From Octopus sinensis (taxonomy: Eukaryota): 64,000 bases of DNA. This document shows positions 50,153 through 64,000 of the stretch, piece after piece; positions within the stretch are counted from its first letter, which is position 1; every line of letters starts with the position of its first letter. A program made the translations under genes and the position numbers. The stretch is from assembly GCF_006345805.1 (NCBI RefSeq), contig NC_042998.1, positions 88,970,001 to 89,034,000 on the forward strand, in the 5' to 3' direction. A model generated the notes under the pieces. It had not been told where the DNA came from. It searched no databases and saw nothing but the letters and a program-made list of their open reading frames with translations.

Positions 50153-51472
50153 TAAGGCGATATGCTGGCAGAATCATTAGAACTCCGAAATAAATGCCTT
50201 GCGGTATTTCCTCCCGCTCAGTAAGTTCTGATCCCTTTCCTACCCTGGTCAACTTTGCCTTTCATCGTTTGTAGGGGTCGATAAGGTATCACCAAGTTTG
50301 GGGAGAAGCTGATGGTTTCACCTAATCACCTCATCTCGAAATTGTTGGCTTTGTGTCTAAATCAAAATCTATTGTTAGCTGTGACTGACAATGAGTACGA
50401 ATTAGCAGAATCGTTAGAACGCCAGGCATTGTTCTGATTCGTCGCACTCAGAGATCAAATCTCACAGAGGTTAGCTTTGCATTTTATCCTTCCAAGGTGA
50501 CGAGATGGCAGAATAATTAGAGCGTCGGGAAAATGCCTTGCGGTATTTTCGTCGTGACTTCAAATTCGGCCAAGGTCAACTTTGCCTTTCATACACCTGG
50601 GGGTCGATGATATAGTGTACCTGTCAAGTACTGGAGTTGGTTATAACGATTACCCCCTCCCCACCCATCTCAGAATTACTAGTTTTTCTACCTAAATTAG
50701 AAATAATTATTGCTTATGACTGTGTGGTTAAGGACTTCGCTTCATCATGTGACTTCAGGTTCAATTCCACTGCACAATACTTTTGACAAGTCTTCTGCAA
50801 TGACACCGAACAATGCAAATTCAATAGACGGAAACTGCGCGGAAGCCTGTTGCGTACATGTATACATGCATGCACACGCGCGCACGCGTGTGTACAAGTG
50901 CGCGTATGTCTATCTTTGTGTTTGTCTCTAACCGCTTGAGAAATAACGTTGTAAGTTTTCGTACGTTCAAGTAACCTAGCAATACTGCAAAAAACCCACC
51001 AAAAAAACGACCGTTTGCATAATTACAAGACTTCAAAATACCTACGAGTATCAATTTCATTAAGCTAGAATTTTCGAGATTCTGCTCCAGCATGACCGTA
51101 GTTGAATGACTGAAACATGTAATAAAGCAAAAGAATAAACTATGCGACCTCCTATTCACACTTCATATTGTAATATAATTTGCCATTTGGAAAATGCGAC
51201 AAGGGCCACTTCAGTTGTCAAGACACTGTATTGAGTTGAGATCTGTTTCCAGTTACAGTATATAAATCAAGGAAAAATATGCTCGGAATGGCTCTCTGGC
51301 AGAATATTATACGAACAACAGGAAGCTGTTCTAGAGAGATGCAATTTCGAGTTTTATCCGGTTTTCCTTGCCACACAGCTGTGAGCTATTCAGTTATCAT
51401 TACATGCCTCGGAGATTATGCGGACGGCAGAGTGTCATCACCTGTTTCTGTTACTACGCAATACATACATAC

Positions 51473-51545
<73 letters not shown>

Positions 51546-51994
51546 TGTGCACATATGTATGTGTATGTATATGTATAAATCTGCATACAGTAATACCTCA
51601 CTCTGTGTGGACCCGCTTTACGAGACCCCGGGTTTACGAGTTTTATATTTTCAAGCACAAGATCCAAATTTTGAACGGAGTGCAAATGCTTCTGCTTGTT
51701 ACCGAGAAATTTATAGATAACGAAAAAAAACTTCCTAGCAAACAACTATCGACTTGTTTTTCAAAAAGAAATCTATAAGCCCGTCTACGAGTGCTTGTGA
51801 ATCGGCGATCGCTTCTACAAGTGATGGTGTGCGCGAGTCTAGTGTGAGTGAAAGTGATTCAGAAAACGATAATGATTATAATATTTTTTATTATAAATGA
51901 TCTTGACATTCTTATTACTTTACATAAAATATTCTTTACATTCTACTATTGTTTTACTGCGATTTATTTTCAGGTATTATAAATTTTATCGGTA

Positions 51995-52787
51995 AACTAG
52001 AAAAGCACTCGGAGAGCGCAGACCTCCGCCAAGCAGCTTATTTCCACCCCTATACATGCATGCTGAAAATCGCCCAATTTCCCAAACCAACGCCGGCAAA
52101 AACATAGCCTCCCATACTCATCTCGACCATCGTCATCCTCAACACTGTCTCTGCTTTCACTACAATCACCGTAAAAACTACGATCACCATAATCAGTTTC
52201 TTTACACAGTTGAAAATCCATTATCCAATACTTATGGGACCGAGATTGTTGCAAATTTTTGATTTTTCTAATTTCGGAGTGCTTTATTAAAAAAAAAATG
52301 CATCTACAAAACGGAACAGTTTGAAGATAGAAACCAGGTCTAAACACAACAGCTTATAGATATACTCTGAATGTAGTTCTATATAAGTCTTTAATAATTT
52401 TTTTTTTATACTTGAGACCATCAGAAATGTTATGATGTCATTCATCCTCTACCTATGTTGTCATGCTTTGATTAAAAGGTTACAGCGTCGATTAGATTAC
52501 TTTCAGCCGAAGTTGACTCAGTCCATGTCTAATTTAATAGCACCACCTGGAAGAGATACACAGTCAGCTCTGGGAAACCGTAGCCCTTTCAAGCACAGGA
52601 TTATTGTTTTCAGAGACATATCCACGTGTGGGTGGTTTATCTGGTATTTGTTGGGGTTGATCATCTAGGGATCCAACTTTTCCTGCAAGTTTCACCAAAT
52701 ACCGTTCACAACTTTTTGAGTCATTTTGGACACAGACGGACAAACCAACGCCGACGAAAACGTGACCTACTTCCTTGGCGGAAGTAA
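51995..52787 (+). mobile_element. Nested element with subterminal inverted repeats (Helentron/DINE-like or MITE)
   Basis: Starts AACTAG. CCTCCGCCAAG (52023-52033) pairs with CTTGGCGGAAG (52774-52784). Confidence 0.55.
52490..52670 (-). mobile_element. CR1-type 3' end fragment (diverged subfamily)
   Basis: Minus strand QQIPDKPPTRGYVSENNNPVLE matches QRIPDKPPIIGYNSPNKNSLLE of the 38697 element. Shares GGTGGTGCTATTAA.TTAGACATGG. Confidence 0.8.
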
Positions 52788-52928
52788 ATATTTTTTCTGG
52801 GAACGAATTACGATTTATAACATCGCTACTATTGGGAATCGTTGCTCTGCTTTACGAGTTTTCGCTTTACGAGCGGCCTCCAAGAAAAATCAACTCGTAT
52901 ATCGAGGCATTACTGTACACACATATTC

Positions 52929-52963
<35 letters not shown>

Positions 52964-52964
<1 letters not shown>

Positions 52965-53103
52965 TTATGACGATTGCATAAGTGAATGAATCTTCGAAGT
53001 CCTTGACAATAATATTCTTGTTTAAGAATAATATATATATATTACAGAGATGTACTTCCATAGCAAGTGACCTGATCTGAGATCGTGTCTTTCTTAAATG
53101 GCT

Positions 53104-53137
<34 letters not shown>

Positions 53138-53350
53138 ATATATATACTTATGACGATTGCATAAGTGAATGAATCTTCGAAGTCCTTGACAATAATATTC
53201 TTGTTTAAGAATAATATATATATATTACAGAGATGTACTTCCATAGCAAGTGACCTGATCTGAGATCGTGTCTTTCTTAAATGGCTTATATATATATATA
53301 TATATATATATTACGGAGATGTACTTGCATAGCGAGTGACTTGATCTGAG
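52964..53350 (+). repeat. 183-bp tandem duplication between (TA)n tracts plus a partial third copy
   Basis: CTTATGACGATTGCATAAG starts at 52964 and 53147. TTACRGAGATGTACTT occurs three times. Confidence 0.9.
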
Positions 53351-56300
53351 ATCGTGTGCTGGAACGAAAACAATTGCAGAAACACACTAAACCGTTAGAT
53401 TCACTTCACCAAATGTTGAAGTCAGTGAACAGGTCGCGGTCTCAAATGGAACTGTCGTCAGGTAAGTGTATTTACTACGTGTAACAAAAACTCTAAACAA
53501 CCTTTTCGATCAATTTAAAATGATAATAAATTAATGAAAAGTTCAGTTCTAATATATTTCAATATCAAATGTTGCTTTTACTGTCCACTTTCAATATTAT
53601 TTTTTTACCATTTCCCCACTCTCTCTCTCTAGGTCCGAGGAAACTACAGTGTGCTTCACAAGCACTTAGCTTTGAGTGCACTGCACCTAATAGCATAAAC
53701 AATAATATGCCGATGAAGTTGATGACATAATTTCTTTTCTCTTATCAATCCCTCAATTTCAGTTTACGCTCTGTACTCACCTTACGCTTTATTCTGAAGC
53801 ACATGTTTAGGGATTTCTAAAAACAGATTATTCATATTGCAATGCCTAAACGAATCTCTCTCTCCCCCCCCCCACCATACACACATCAGACAAACTCTTT
53901 CCAACAATACAAGGATGCGATGTAATTTTTATCGCCGATTGAAACTCTTTCACTACGCTTTCTTGATTGTTTGATATATTTAAAATATTAGAAAAGAAAA
54001 TAAGAAAAATATGTGGATTATTAGGTGATAGTTACAGTAGTTGTCACACTTTGCCGTTACTCTCCTTTGTAAAGAAAGGTAATTTAAAGATATACTCAAC
54101 CAACGAAACATGTTCATTACGTGCGAAGATATGCAAATGATATATTGAGTTCGAAGCTTTTTTGAAATGCCCTACATGATTAATAAATTGTATGATAAAC
54201 AAGATGAGTGTCAAATAGCATAGCAGCCTATAACTTGTGAACACATCTTCCGCCATTACGTTTTTGTGAGAGACACAATTACCAAGTCCTTTTGCATTTG
54301 AAATATCCATCAGAAGCGGGTTGCTATCGATAAAAAGGTTAAACCAATCTCTTGATATGACAACATTATCTACTTTTATCTACTTGTATCAGTTTATACT
54401 ATAAAGTTTACTGAATGAATCTTATGAGTCAGCGAAACAATTTTTGTAATTTACTTATATTGACAGATTTAAATCTAACTTCCTCTATTTAGGCTTTACT
54501 TAAAATCCAGATTAAAAGGGAAGTGCAAGGTTTTTCTTTTACTCGTAATAACTCTTTCTTATCACTATTTCTTGGCTTTGCTTGCCTAAAATCTGAAACA
54601 TCTGTTTTCACTTTTCGATTGAATCAAAACAAACAAACAAACAAAAAAAAAATACAAATAACTTTTATCTCAGTTTGTCTCAGTCATACATGCTCATGCA
54701 CTAACATGTCTGAAAAGAGTTAGCCAAAATGTGATGAGAATGTTATTTATGCTTTCTCATTTGAAAGGCTTCTGGCCAAAGTTAGACGAGGACATCAGAT
54801 AATTTGATTATGTTTTCATGCAGACACTCCCGACGTGAATATTTCATCACAAATCCTTCCTGTACTGCCAGTTATTAAATTAAAAACTGCTCACACCCTC
54901 ATGTTTTAAAGTATGAAATCTGTTAATATGCAAGTTAGTGAATACTATGTCGTTCCTATATAAGTAACTTTTGCTTCATTGTAAAGACTGGCTATTTGGT
55001 GTATTCATTGAATCCGGTTGTCGTTTTAGTTATATCCGTCGTTGAATTTTATCTAATAAAACCGCTGGTGCGTTAACATTATTTGTTGATGCCAATAAAA
55101 ACCAAAAAGTTTTGAAAGAATACTTAATTATTAAAATTTATTAAAACATATTTTCCTAATTTTGAAATAAATTCACATTGGAAAGTTTTGCTTAATGATT
55201 AAATGACACTGAAATGTATTGTGCTGTTGATCTGTAAGTTTAATAGATACAATGGAATATATTTCCCACCTTAGATCTGGTGGCTCTCACGTAAATATGC
55301 TTATTATGATACATCTACGTGTTTCGATCTTTGTTCAGGAGTAAACGTCTGGCAGAAGTTGACATAGTTCAAATTATAGGGGAGATAATTGTTCAACAAC
55401 TAAAGTTGAAGGTGATGTTTGATAGTTTGGAGAAGAGGTGCGGGACACATTGAATAAGTGAAGTGAAATAATCATAACTAGGAAATAAAATAGAGTGAAT
55501 GCATATGAAATCATTATCAGCTTCATTTAGGAGAATGTATCGAGAAGAAAATAAGATTCTATGACATTAGTGTCTTTCTCGAGGATATGAGTGAGTAAGC
55601 AACATAGAATCTCTACAACTAAGAAAAGGGGTCTGTATGAGCCGGGGAGGGGTGTTCCGCCGATACATTTGTCCAGTATACAGAAAGCCAAGAAGGAGTC
55701 TGTGACAATCTGCCAAGCCTCTCTCCTAAAAATAGCAGCAGAAAAGAATTACAGCTCTTTTGAATTTTAAGAGGACTCCTCTCTTCCATGACCTGAAAGC
55801 ATACTTGTTCCGCTTTTCCAAACTTCTCTTGGAGACACTTGCAAAGGGTGACAACTACCGTAACTGCCGGCTAATAATCCACACATCTTTTTTTTCCAAT
55901 TTTAAATGTCAAAATATTGTATTTATATGTACAGAATCATACATTTTCCCCTTACAAAACCATTTTTAAATATCTTTCACTAGTTATATGACATAACATA
56001 CTAAATTTGTTTTTTTTCCAAAAGATATATGTAAAATAGAGGCGTGTCTTATGCGAGAGCATGTCTTGTACGCGGAAAGATAAGGTAATTACTGCTCAGA
56101 AGTGTTTAATAAAATGCCATGTAAGTGATTCTGTATTGCTTTATGCTATTTTTTAAATTTAGTTTCATTTTGGTGCATTTCGATTTTGTCTCTGCTGAGT
56201 CTAAGTATGCGGGTATTATGAAAATACCTCAGAGTGACCCATGTGCCTTTACATAGTTACGGGTTGCCCTCTGGTAAGGCATAACACCTGTTCAGCCACC

Positions 56301-57989
56301 CTGCCAGGGGTACAGCAAAGTCATGAGACTGCAGCATAGCTGACTGCGAAAAGGTAGCAGAAGAGCATAACTGAGTCAACGGTGCTTCTTACATCGAGGC
56401 TGAGCGGAGGAATCCTAGAAGATCGAAAGTCAGGATCACCAAGCTCTAGAGTAACTGCAACGCTTCCATCGCGGCGGCGCCTATGATTGTGTAATCAGCA
56501 AAGATTGATTATGATTCAAGCTTCCACTTCAGTTTCATACCGAGTAGAATTGGATGGCGACAAAGACACACAGGAATCCGTTCAAGCAGCGCAATCAGAA
56601 GCTAGGGTTCGATCGCATTAATAATATCTTCTACAAGTGTATTTTACTATTGGAAAGACGTAAGCTCTATAGAAGCTCATCGGATGGATGACAGACATAT
56701 CTATGGTTTACGTTGAGGATACACAAGTCAGTAGAATACTCAACCTCATATACTGTAATTCAAAGAGTAGGTAATTCAGTCGATGAAGCAACTGAATACC
56801 CAACTGGTGGAAATCCATTTACTTTGACTTATTCTGTAAATTACTCGTTAATGATCTATAGTTCTACAGTTGTTCGACCGATAATACATGTGTCCAATCA
56901 GAAATGAATTAGGGCTACGCGACAGCAACATGCATACATAATACTGTTTAAATATAAATGACTTGCACATAAAACATTAAGTTATACTACTAACAGGGGA
57001 AAAAGTATGATCTCAACATTACTTGACATATGACAGGTTACACTTTTGTTAGTATATATAGGAACAAATTATTTCTTGAAGAAAATACAACTTGCCCAAA
57101 TCGTCTCACTGCACCTCAGTGATAATCACTGCATATGGAGGTATGGCATGTATAAAAAATGGATCTAAGAATCATAGGTGATCATTCGACCGACCACCTT
57201 TTATTTCTTAATCAGAAGGGAAGGGAGGTATCCATGGCCCTTTATATGGCCTTCAGCCTGGTAAGAGGGAGAAAGGACGGTAGTCTCAAACCAGAAACTA
57301 GGATCGATTGTTCGAAATCGAGTAAACTCCACTAAAGGAACCCAAGGAACAGGTAGTGGTATTAAACCTGACAACGATTTAAATATACCCCACCTTCCAA
57401 AGTAGGCCGCGGGGCGGGGTTGAACTCAGAACGCAAAGACCGGGAACAAGTACTAGAAAGCATCCTATCCAACCCTCTGACAACTGGTTCTTTATTTATA
57501 GAAGAAAATAAGAAGGATGAAAAACAAAGTTGAACTCAGAACTCAAGTTGATGGAATAAATGCCTCGCGGCATTTTGTTCGATGCTCTAACAACTCTGCT
57601 AATTTGCCATCTGCATGAAATATGTTTACTCGATAAGGACCGCTCTCTTAGGACTGTTCAGGGCTACACCTCATTAAAAGCCGGTGTCTATTTATCTATG
57701 CTTTAGAGATAAAAGAAAGTCGACCTTGATCAGGATTAATATCAGAATCTAAAGAGCCAGGGACACATGAACCAGTACTCTAGTCTCTCACACTCCACTG
57801 ATATCTTTTAAAAAAATAAAATGTAATAAATAAAATAAACTTAGAATATCAATAAATAACTTCAATTAATGAAATAATACATATATAGATATAGTGAAAT
57901 TAAATGTTAAAATTGAATTAATAAATGAAACAGATATATAAAATTAAATATATAATAATATACATAAAAATAATAAGTATAGAAGGATA

Positions 57990-58380
57990 AATGGATATGA
58001 TTACAGCTGAGAGGAGGAGAACAAGAATATAGAGAAAGAAAAGAAAAGGAACAAATAATACAAGAAAAACTAAAAGAGGATGAAACAAGAAAAGCGAAAA
58101 GGCAAAGAAAAAAAACAGTAATAATAACAGCAACCAGAAGAGGAGGAAGAAGAATATGTTGAATAAGAAAAGGAAGGAGGAAGAAGAAAAAGGAAGCAAG
58201 AAATAACAATAACAATCAAGAAAATATGAGAAAAGACAAGGGAAAAGATGAAGTTGAATATAATATAAAAGGAGCATAAGAGGGAGAAGACGGAGGTAGA
58301 AAAAAATGCAGAAAAGAACAAGCGTATTCTTTCGTGTTGGAAGAAGATGCAGAAAGAGAAATGAAAAAATGTATCATGTT
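57990..58380 (+). repeat. Purine-rich (A/G) low-complexity tract
   Basis: Directly visible GAA/AAG/GAG-rich sequence. It produces the F/L-rich minus-strand ORFs in the track. Confidence 0.85.
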
Positions 58381-61300
58381 TTTTGTCTTGAAATTAAGTT
58401 ATAATTTTAGAAATCGAGAAAAATACATAGATGAGCAAATGTTCTGGATTATGAGTAAGCTGACAAAGAACAAGGATTTCTGACACAGTTGGAAGACATC
58501 ATGGTAGTGTGTCATCTTAGTGTTAATGACAGCTTGTTATCATAATTTATGTCAGATGAGGTTGCAGAAATAGGAGAGAAAGAGTTGGTTAGAATTATGG
58601 AAGTCCAGACACTAGTCTAGAAGGATAAATGCAACGAATGAAGCGGAAGAGCTATAAAGACGAAAATATCTTACAACGTAAGTTTCTTTCCGTTAGGTTG
58701 CATAATGCTTATTAGTCGATATTAAATGTTAAAACTTTCACTCTAGATGTGTAAACAACACTGTTTCCATAATTATATGTTTGTATTCCTAAGATTAGTT
58801 ATTACTGAAACAGAGTGCATTGTTTAGACAATTTTGTTCTTTTCACTGCACCAAAGTCTCTCTCTCTCTCTCTCTCTTTATGTTAGGCATAAAGTCTGCC
58901 CATGATCTTCGGATTCTACATATAACTATTGTGGATTCATACACAGCCCGTAAGAGTTCAAGTTCGGAAACCCAGTCTACAACCGTAACTCCAGGAAAAT
59001 ATGATTATCTAACACTATATTTAAATTTTATGTGTTTTTTCTCTCCGTAAATTAGACAGAAGATAGCGGATCATTTTAGTAATGGAGAACTCCTAGATTG
59101 AAATCTGGTTACGCTCATGCACAACCACATGTATGTATATAGGGATTAATTTGTCACGTGAAGGCTGATCTAATAAAAGATAAGATAGGTGTAACATGCA
59201 TTGATAGTGACCTATGTAAAATAACGTGTAAAATCTTAATCATTGATTATTCAGGGTCGACATATTAATTACCTTAATGAAAGTAACATTAAGTATGAGC
59301 CGTTTACATTTTCTACTCTTGAGGTAACTTAAAGGGAAACACATAACTTTTACTAGAGAAACAGTCCTATATAAAAATTAATACTATTGAGAATAGTTAT
59401 TTAGACCTAGGTCAGCCCTAATTCCATCGCCTTAATAAAAGATATAACTACTAATGTATAATCAAATGTGCTATCTAAAAATATGAGACGACCTTAACTG
59501 AATATCTTTTCATCATAAATCTACCTGATCAGATAGCTCATGAGTATTAACAACGATGATAGCAGCAGTTATTTACGATCAAAGGCATTAGAAATTTGAC
59601 TATCCCCAGGGGCGTAGCTAGAATTGTCGTCACCCGAGGTGGTCTTTAGGCCTGCCTCTTCATCTCACAAATATGGCATAATAGGCATATTACATTTGTG
59701 ACTATCCTGTTTTTTTAGAATATCTAGGTCTCCCTTATCAGATGTGTCATGTCTTTTTAGGTTGGCAAGGCGTGTTGAATGTAATCTGGTTACTCTGACA
59801 GGTCAAGGCAACTGCATAAGCATTCACACACTGGCTCGTTCATGAGAAACTATTTTCATTGGTAATTGCCGAAGAACAAGGGGTAAACTGCCAGTGAGTT
59901 GTTTTTGCTACTGGGTTACAGTTTCTAGAAAGTGCCTGGCCTAGTGTTTAAGCAACTGAGCTCCTGATTAGCTTTCAATAGCACATTGCATCATTAGACA
60001 AGACACTTCATGTTGCTTTAGTCTACTCAGCTGACAAAATGAATACTGAATGCTCATTTCACGCCAAGTTAGGACCACAGTCAACGGAAAGACTAATATC
60101 TTCAAGAAAGTTTTACTGAATTTCGATACGCTTACAAGTGTGTATTTTAAATATTTTCCACAAGTAGTAAAGCATGTAAATGTAGTAATATACTTTTTAT
60201 TACAAATTATTAAATACAAGAATAAAATATTCATCTCAATTTTATTTTTATTGTTTCATTTTATTTCGAAGACCTCAAAGACAAGACTTGAAGCCCCAGA
60301 TGACTGTTCCCGATTACAAGTACCATTATCCGGCTCTGACAATATCGTATATTTGCACTTTGTTTTCAGTTTCTGGCTAAAACTATTTCACATTACAATT
60401 ATTAGTATTGAGAATCGAAACCGTATTATGATCCGAACTTACTCGTAATACTGTTATATCTTGAGCTACATTATTTTAAAATCGATTATGTTAATAAACT
60501 AGGCCAAGTTTATGGCTGACAGTTTAGAAGTTCTTAAACTACCTAATTTAAAGAATTGGTAGGGCGTCACTTTACCGATTGGAATGTCAGCGATTCATAT
60601 TCTGTTGTTGATATTACACTTTCTCCAAAGCTTTGATAACCTCCAATAATGCAGTTTATCTATGGCAGTTTTACTTGGAGGCTATGCGTGGTTTCTCGAT
60701 CTATTAGAAATAGCAACCAAATATCTTTCAAATCACACTCCGCCGTCTTAGAAAACAACAAATTAGATAATATTGTTCTAGATTTCCCGCACACAGGAAA
60801 AATACGGGATAGTTATGACTGGAATATCTTTGATTGTGCGACTACTCGATCAAGGTCAGGACGTGAGGCTAAACAACAATAACAATATTTACTTGAATGT
60901 AAATTTTTGTCATTTAATGCGCAGATTACAACAGCATTCTACTATATAGTCAATGAGTGTTTTTGTGATCTGCTATGATGGACTCAAATCTTATGAGTAT
61001 AACTTGGATCACTCTCCTGAAGCAAATAACACTGATAACATAATTCCAGGGGTAGCTGTGAAAGAAAACAGAAGTGATTTACTCTATTACACATATCTGA
61101 GATGGGAAAGTAAAGTATTGATCGATATTGTGCTATCAACTAAATTGATGGGATTAGTCTTGACTGAATCGCATTTCATTATATTTCACAAACGGCAAAT
61201 GAATAATTGATCCCGATGTTATGTGATCTGTTCTTTAACTCGCATATATCATGATCAATCAAACACGACGACGAGGTGTTAAATCGCTTTACCTCCAACT

Positions 61301-61502
61301 GACAGATCAAGTCCATTGTATGAGATTGAGGTCTGTGTCGCTGACAAAATCAATGTGAGGTGGTAGATAGACACACAAGTTAAAAAACTAAATGTAAAGA
61401 AACGAAAAATGAAAAGCGAAAGAGAAGAAAAATGTCGAAGGTAAAAAGTTATAATCGATTCCTAATAAAGCTGTTAATGCTAACAAGATCAACTACTATT
61501 GA

Positions 61503-62469
61503 TCTTTTCAATCTCAGTCACAGATTTTTAAATTAATTTTTTTAAAACTAAACAGTTTGAAACTTCGGATACAGGTTGAATGTGTGACGTAGAACACGGT
61601 TTACTCTTAACGTTTTTGACAAAAGTTTGTATTTTAGAAGTTATTTCGTGTTAAAGTTGTATTTGGGTAATTTTAACCAATCAATGATGTGCATTCAGCT
61701 GAAGAAAGTTACTGCTATTTGCGAAAGAAACGGAATAGCAACAGCATCTGGGTCATCTGTTTTGGACGCTGCATACATATGTGTGTAATGTGAAGTTGAC
61801 GACAGTTCATGCTGTCCATCACACACATTCATACGTAAAGCTGATAAAACCCCGAATGGAAGTAAGGAAGAGAGGGTTTAATAAACTAATATGCAGTGGT
61901 AGGGGACTGGTGAGTTTATATAAGCTGTCGTTCAGATCAACACACCACCACCCTCTCCGTTCTCTCTCTCTCTCTCTCCAATTTGCTGGAAATAACAGCC
62001 AAATCTCTCTCAATGTCACACGCTAACATTATATAAATGAGAGGATACAAAGGATAAGATAGAAATAAGTACACACGCACACATACGAATTCCCTATAAA
62101 AGAACTTTCTGTTTTTCTCACCCATTCCCTATAAAAGAACTTTGTTTTTCTCACCCACTTTTCTTATCTTTTATACTTTTCTCCCACCTCTCTCTCATGA
62201 CCCGATGACCCGAAAGTTGTTGCTCTTCCATTACTTTCGCAAACAGCAGTAACTTTCTTCAGCTGAATACATGTCATTGACTGGTTAAAATTACCAAAAT
62301 ACGACAACTTTAACACGAAATAACTTCTAAAATAAAAAGTTTTGTCAAAAACGTTAAAAGTAAGCCGTATTCTATGTGGCACATTCAACAAGTATCCGAA
62401 GTTTCAAACTGTTTAGCTAAAAAAAAAAAAAAATGATAATTAAAAAATCTGTGACTGAGATTGAAAAGA
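61503..62469. mobile_element. Foldback-like element with arms of about 260 bp
   Basis: 61503-61757 and 62204-62469 are colinear reverse complements (TCTTTTCAATCTCAGTCACAGA..CTAAACAGTTTGAAACTTCGGATAC..GGGTCATC) with scattered mismatches. The spacer of about 445 bp is non-coding. Confidence 0.85.
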
Positions 62470-64000
62470 CCCACTGCGGTTTTAAAAATCTAGTTCTAAG
62501 GCTGTGGATTCGATTCCTGAACCGAACGACTCCTTGTGTTCTCGAGCGAAATACTTTATTTCACGCTGTCCCAATACACTCAGCTGAAAATGAGTACTAG
62601 CTGAGGGCTCTCTTCCTCCAACTATCATAACCTCAGTGTTCCACTGGATCAAAAATGGATGGCTGAAGAGGAGCTCGCTCGCGAGTGACGGCTGTGGATA
62701 TTAATTTCCTTTAAGTTTACAAAAGTTCAATTGTGGTGGAGTTAATTCTTTCTATATGAAACTCTTTCACACATAGAATGAACTGAAAATATTTATAAAT
62801 CACACTTGCTCACCTTTTAGTGAATGCAGATGGCTAATTTAATGGACATTTCATGCTTTATGGCTGCATTATCGTCTTGAGACCTATCCTACTCCACGCC
62901 TGGTTAGCTTTATAGATAAAGCACCTTTCTTTTAATACTGATAAAAACCATTCTAGATATTCTCAACAATATTCATTAGAAAATGCTATCTGCTTAACAA
63001 CACGTAACACTTAAGCGTTACTATCATAATAATAATGGTTACGCTGACTCTGCGCTTCTACGACCTTCAGTTTGTCAGAGTACAATGGTAGTTAATAGTT
63101 CTTTTATGTACCAGCCAGCATCCGTCATCTGTGAGTGTGTTGGCGAGATTCACATATCTTCCCGTCCCTTTAATCAGTTATGACCTCACAATTACTTGCT
63201 GGGTGTTATTTTAGTAAGTGAATACGGTCTTAGTGCTGAGTGGCAAACAATGGTTTGTACACCCGTATTTTTAAGGTTTTGCTGTTTATCTTTTTGTTAG
63301 CTATGCATTATTGTCTACATTTCGGCACATCTGGTTTTGGTGAGACTGTTTTCTGTCTTGTTCGCCTCACTATTGTTTTCATTTAGAAAAAAAAAAGATA
63401 ACTAAATAAGTAAATAAAGAGATAACGATATTTCTACAAACATAAATTCACTGAACATTTTTTCAAAATATTAATTTATTTGGTTAAATTTATTCAATTA
63501 AGACTAGCATTGTCTCTTAAAAAAAGCTAACTCCTCCAAATCTGATAAGATCGCTTGTATTCCCACCCTCTTTCTTCCGAAATTCTGAAATGGGAAAGAA
63601 TCGTAGGTAGAGCAAAACTGGGATAACGCTACTTGGAGAAGATGAAGGGGAGGAAGTTGTGTTTTTTTTCTTAATCTAAAAGAAAATGTGCCAAATTTCT
63701 GTTTAATTGTGGCTGGCAATTCTGTTACAATTCTTTTAGCTAAAATATATCACCAGACAGCTTGAAATTGTACTTTTATTTTATTTTGTTTATTTTTACC
63801 GAAATTTTCATTAAAATTTCTGAATTTTTTTAATGTATACTTTAAAATGTTTACATTTCATAATAGCATTGGGCTGAAGAGCACTGTAAACTGTAGAGAA
63901 AGAGGTAAGCTGTTAATGAGTCAATGCAGCAACGTTGTGGAATTAACACCAACGCTAGCACTTAGGTGCTCTTCGGAGAGAATTTCACTCTATTGCAAGC

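Larger units (their letters stand above)
51588..52915 (+). mobile_element. Tigger/pogo-like non-autonomous element with nested insertions
   Basis: TA-CAGTAATACCTC ... GAGGCATTACTG-TA. Transposase C-terminal remnant DPNFERS..CYREIYR..QTTIDLFFKK (51660-51775). Confidence 0.8.

Noticed and set aside
56233-56345. Possible HDV-like ribozyme (GTGACCC/GGGTTGC as P1, TGCCTTT/AAAGGTA as P2)
   Set aside because: P3, L3 and P1.1 elements are missing, so the double pseudoknot cannot be completed.
60050-63719. ORFs 60050-60448, 60649-61210 and 63504-63719 as exons of a second gene
   Set aside because: No recognisable domain, no consistent splice sites, and composition typical of chance ORFs in AT-rich DNA.

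Overview
AT-rich animal genomic DNA. The SINE, LINE and microsatellite content is what I recognise from octopus (coleoid cephalopod) genomes; this is an inference, not a database result. Bases 1 to about 29.7 kb hold the 3' end of a + strand protein-coding gene: three phase-consistent coding exons (6755-6842, 15782-15941, 23878-24329 with the stop codon) of a product I cannot name. This part is CpG-decayed. The rest (about 30-64 kb) keeps more CpG and shows no convincing exon. Everything else is repeat-derived: RTE-like, RTE-BovB-like, CR1 and R4/Dong-like LINE fragments, Penelope-like (PLE) remnants, a Helitron remnant, mariner, Tigger and hAT derivatives, many tRNA-derived SINEs, and an intron-containing tRNA-Leu(CAA) probable pseudogene. 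The most striking signal is a set of hammerhead-ribozyme (HHR) motifs in four different non-coding repeats. These are a 301-bp-arm near-perfect palindrome (40316-40927), a palindrome of a tRNA-headed element ending in an HHR (29903-30351), an intronic array of about 2.7 copies of an 840-bp unit (13149-15412), and a dispersed repeat with a CUGUUGA core variant. Most ORF-track entries are microsatellite or repeat artefacts. No CRISPR or prokaryotic features were found.
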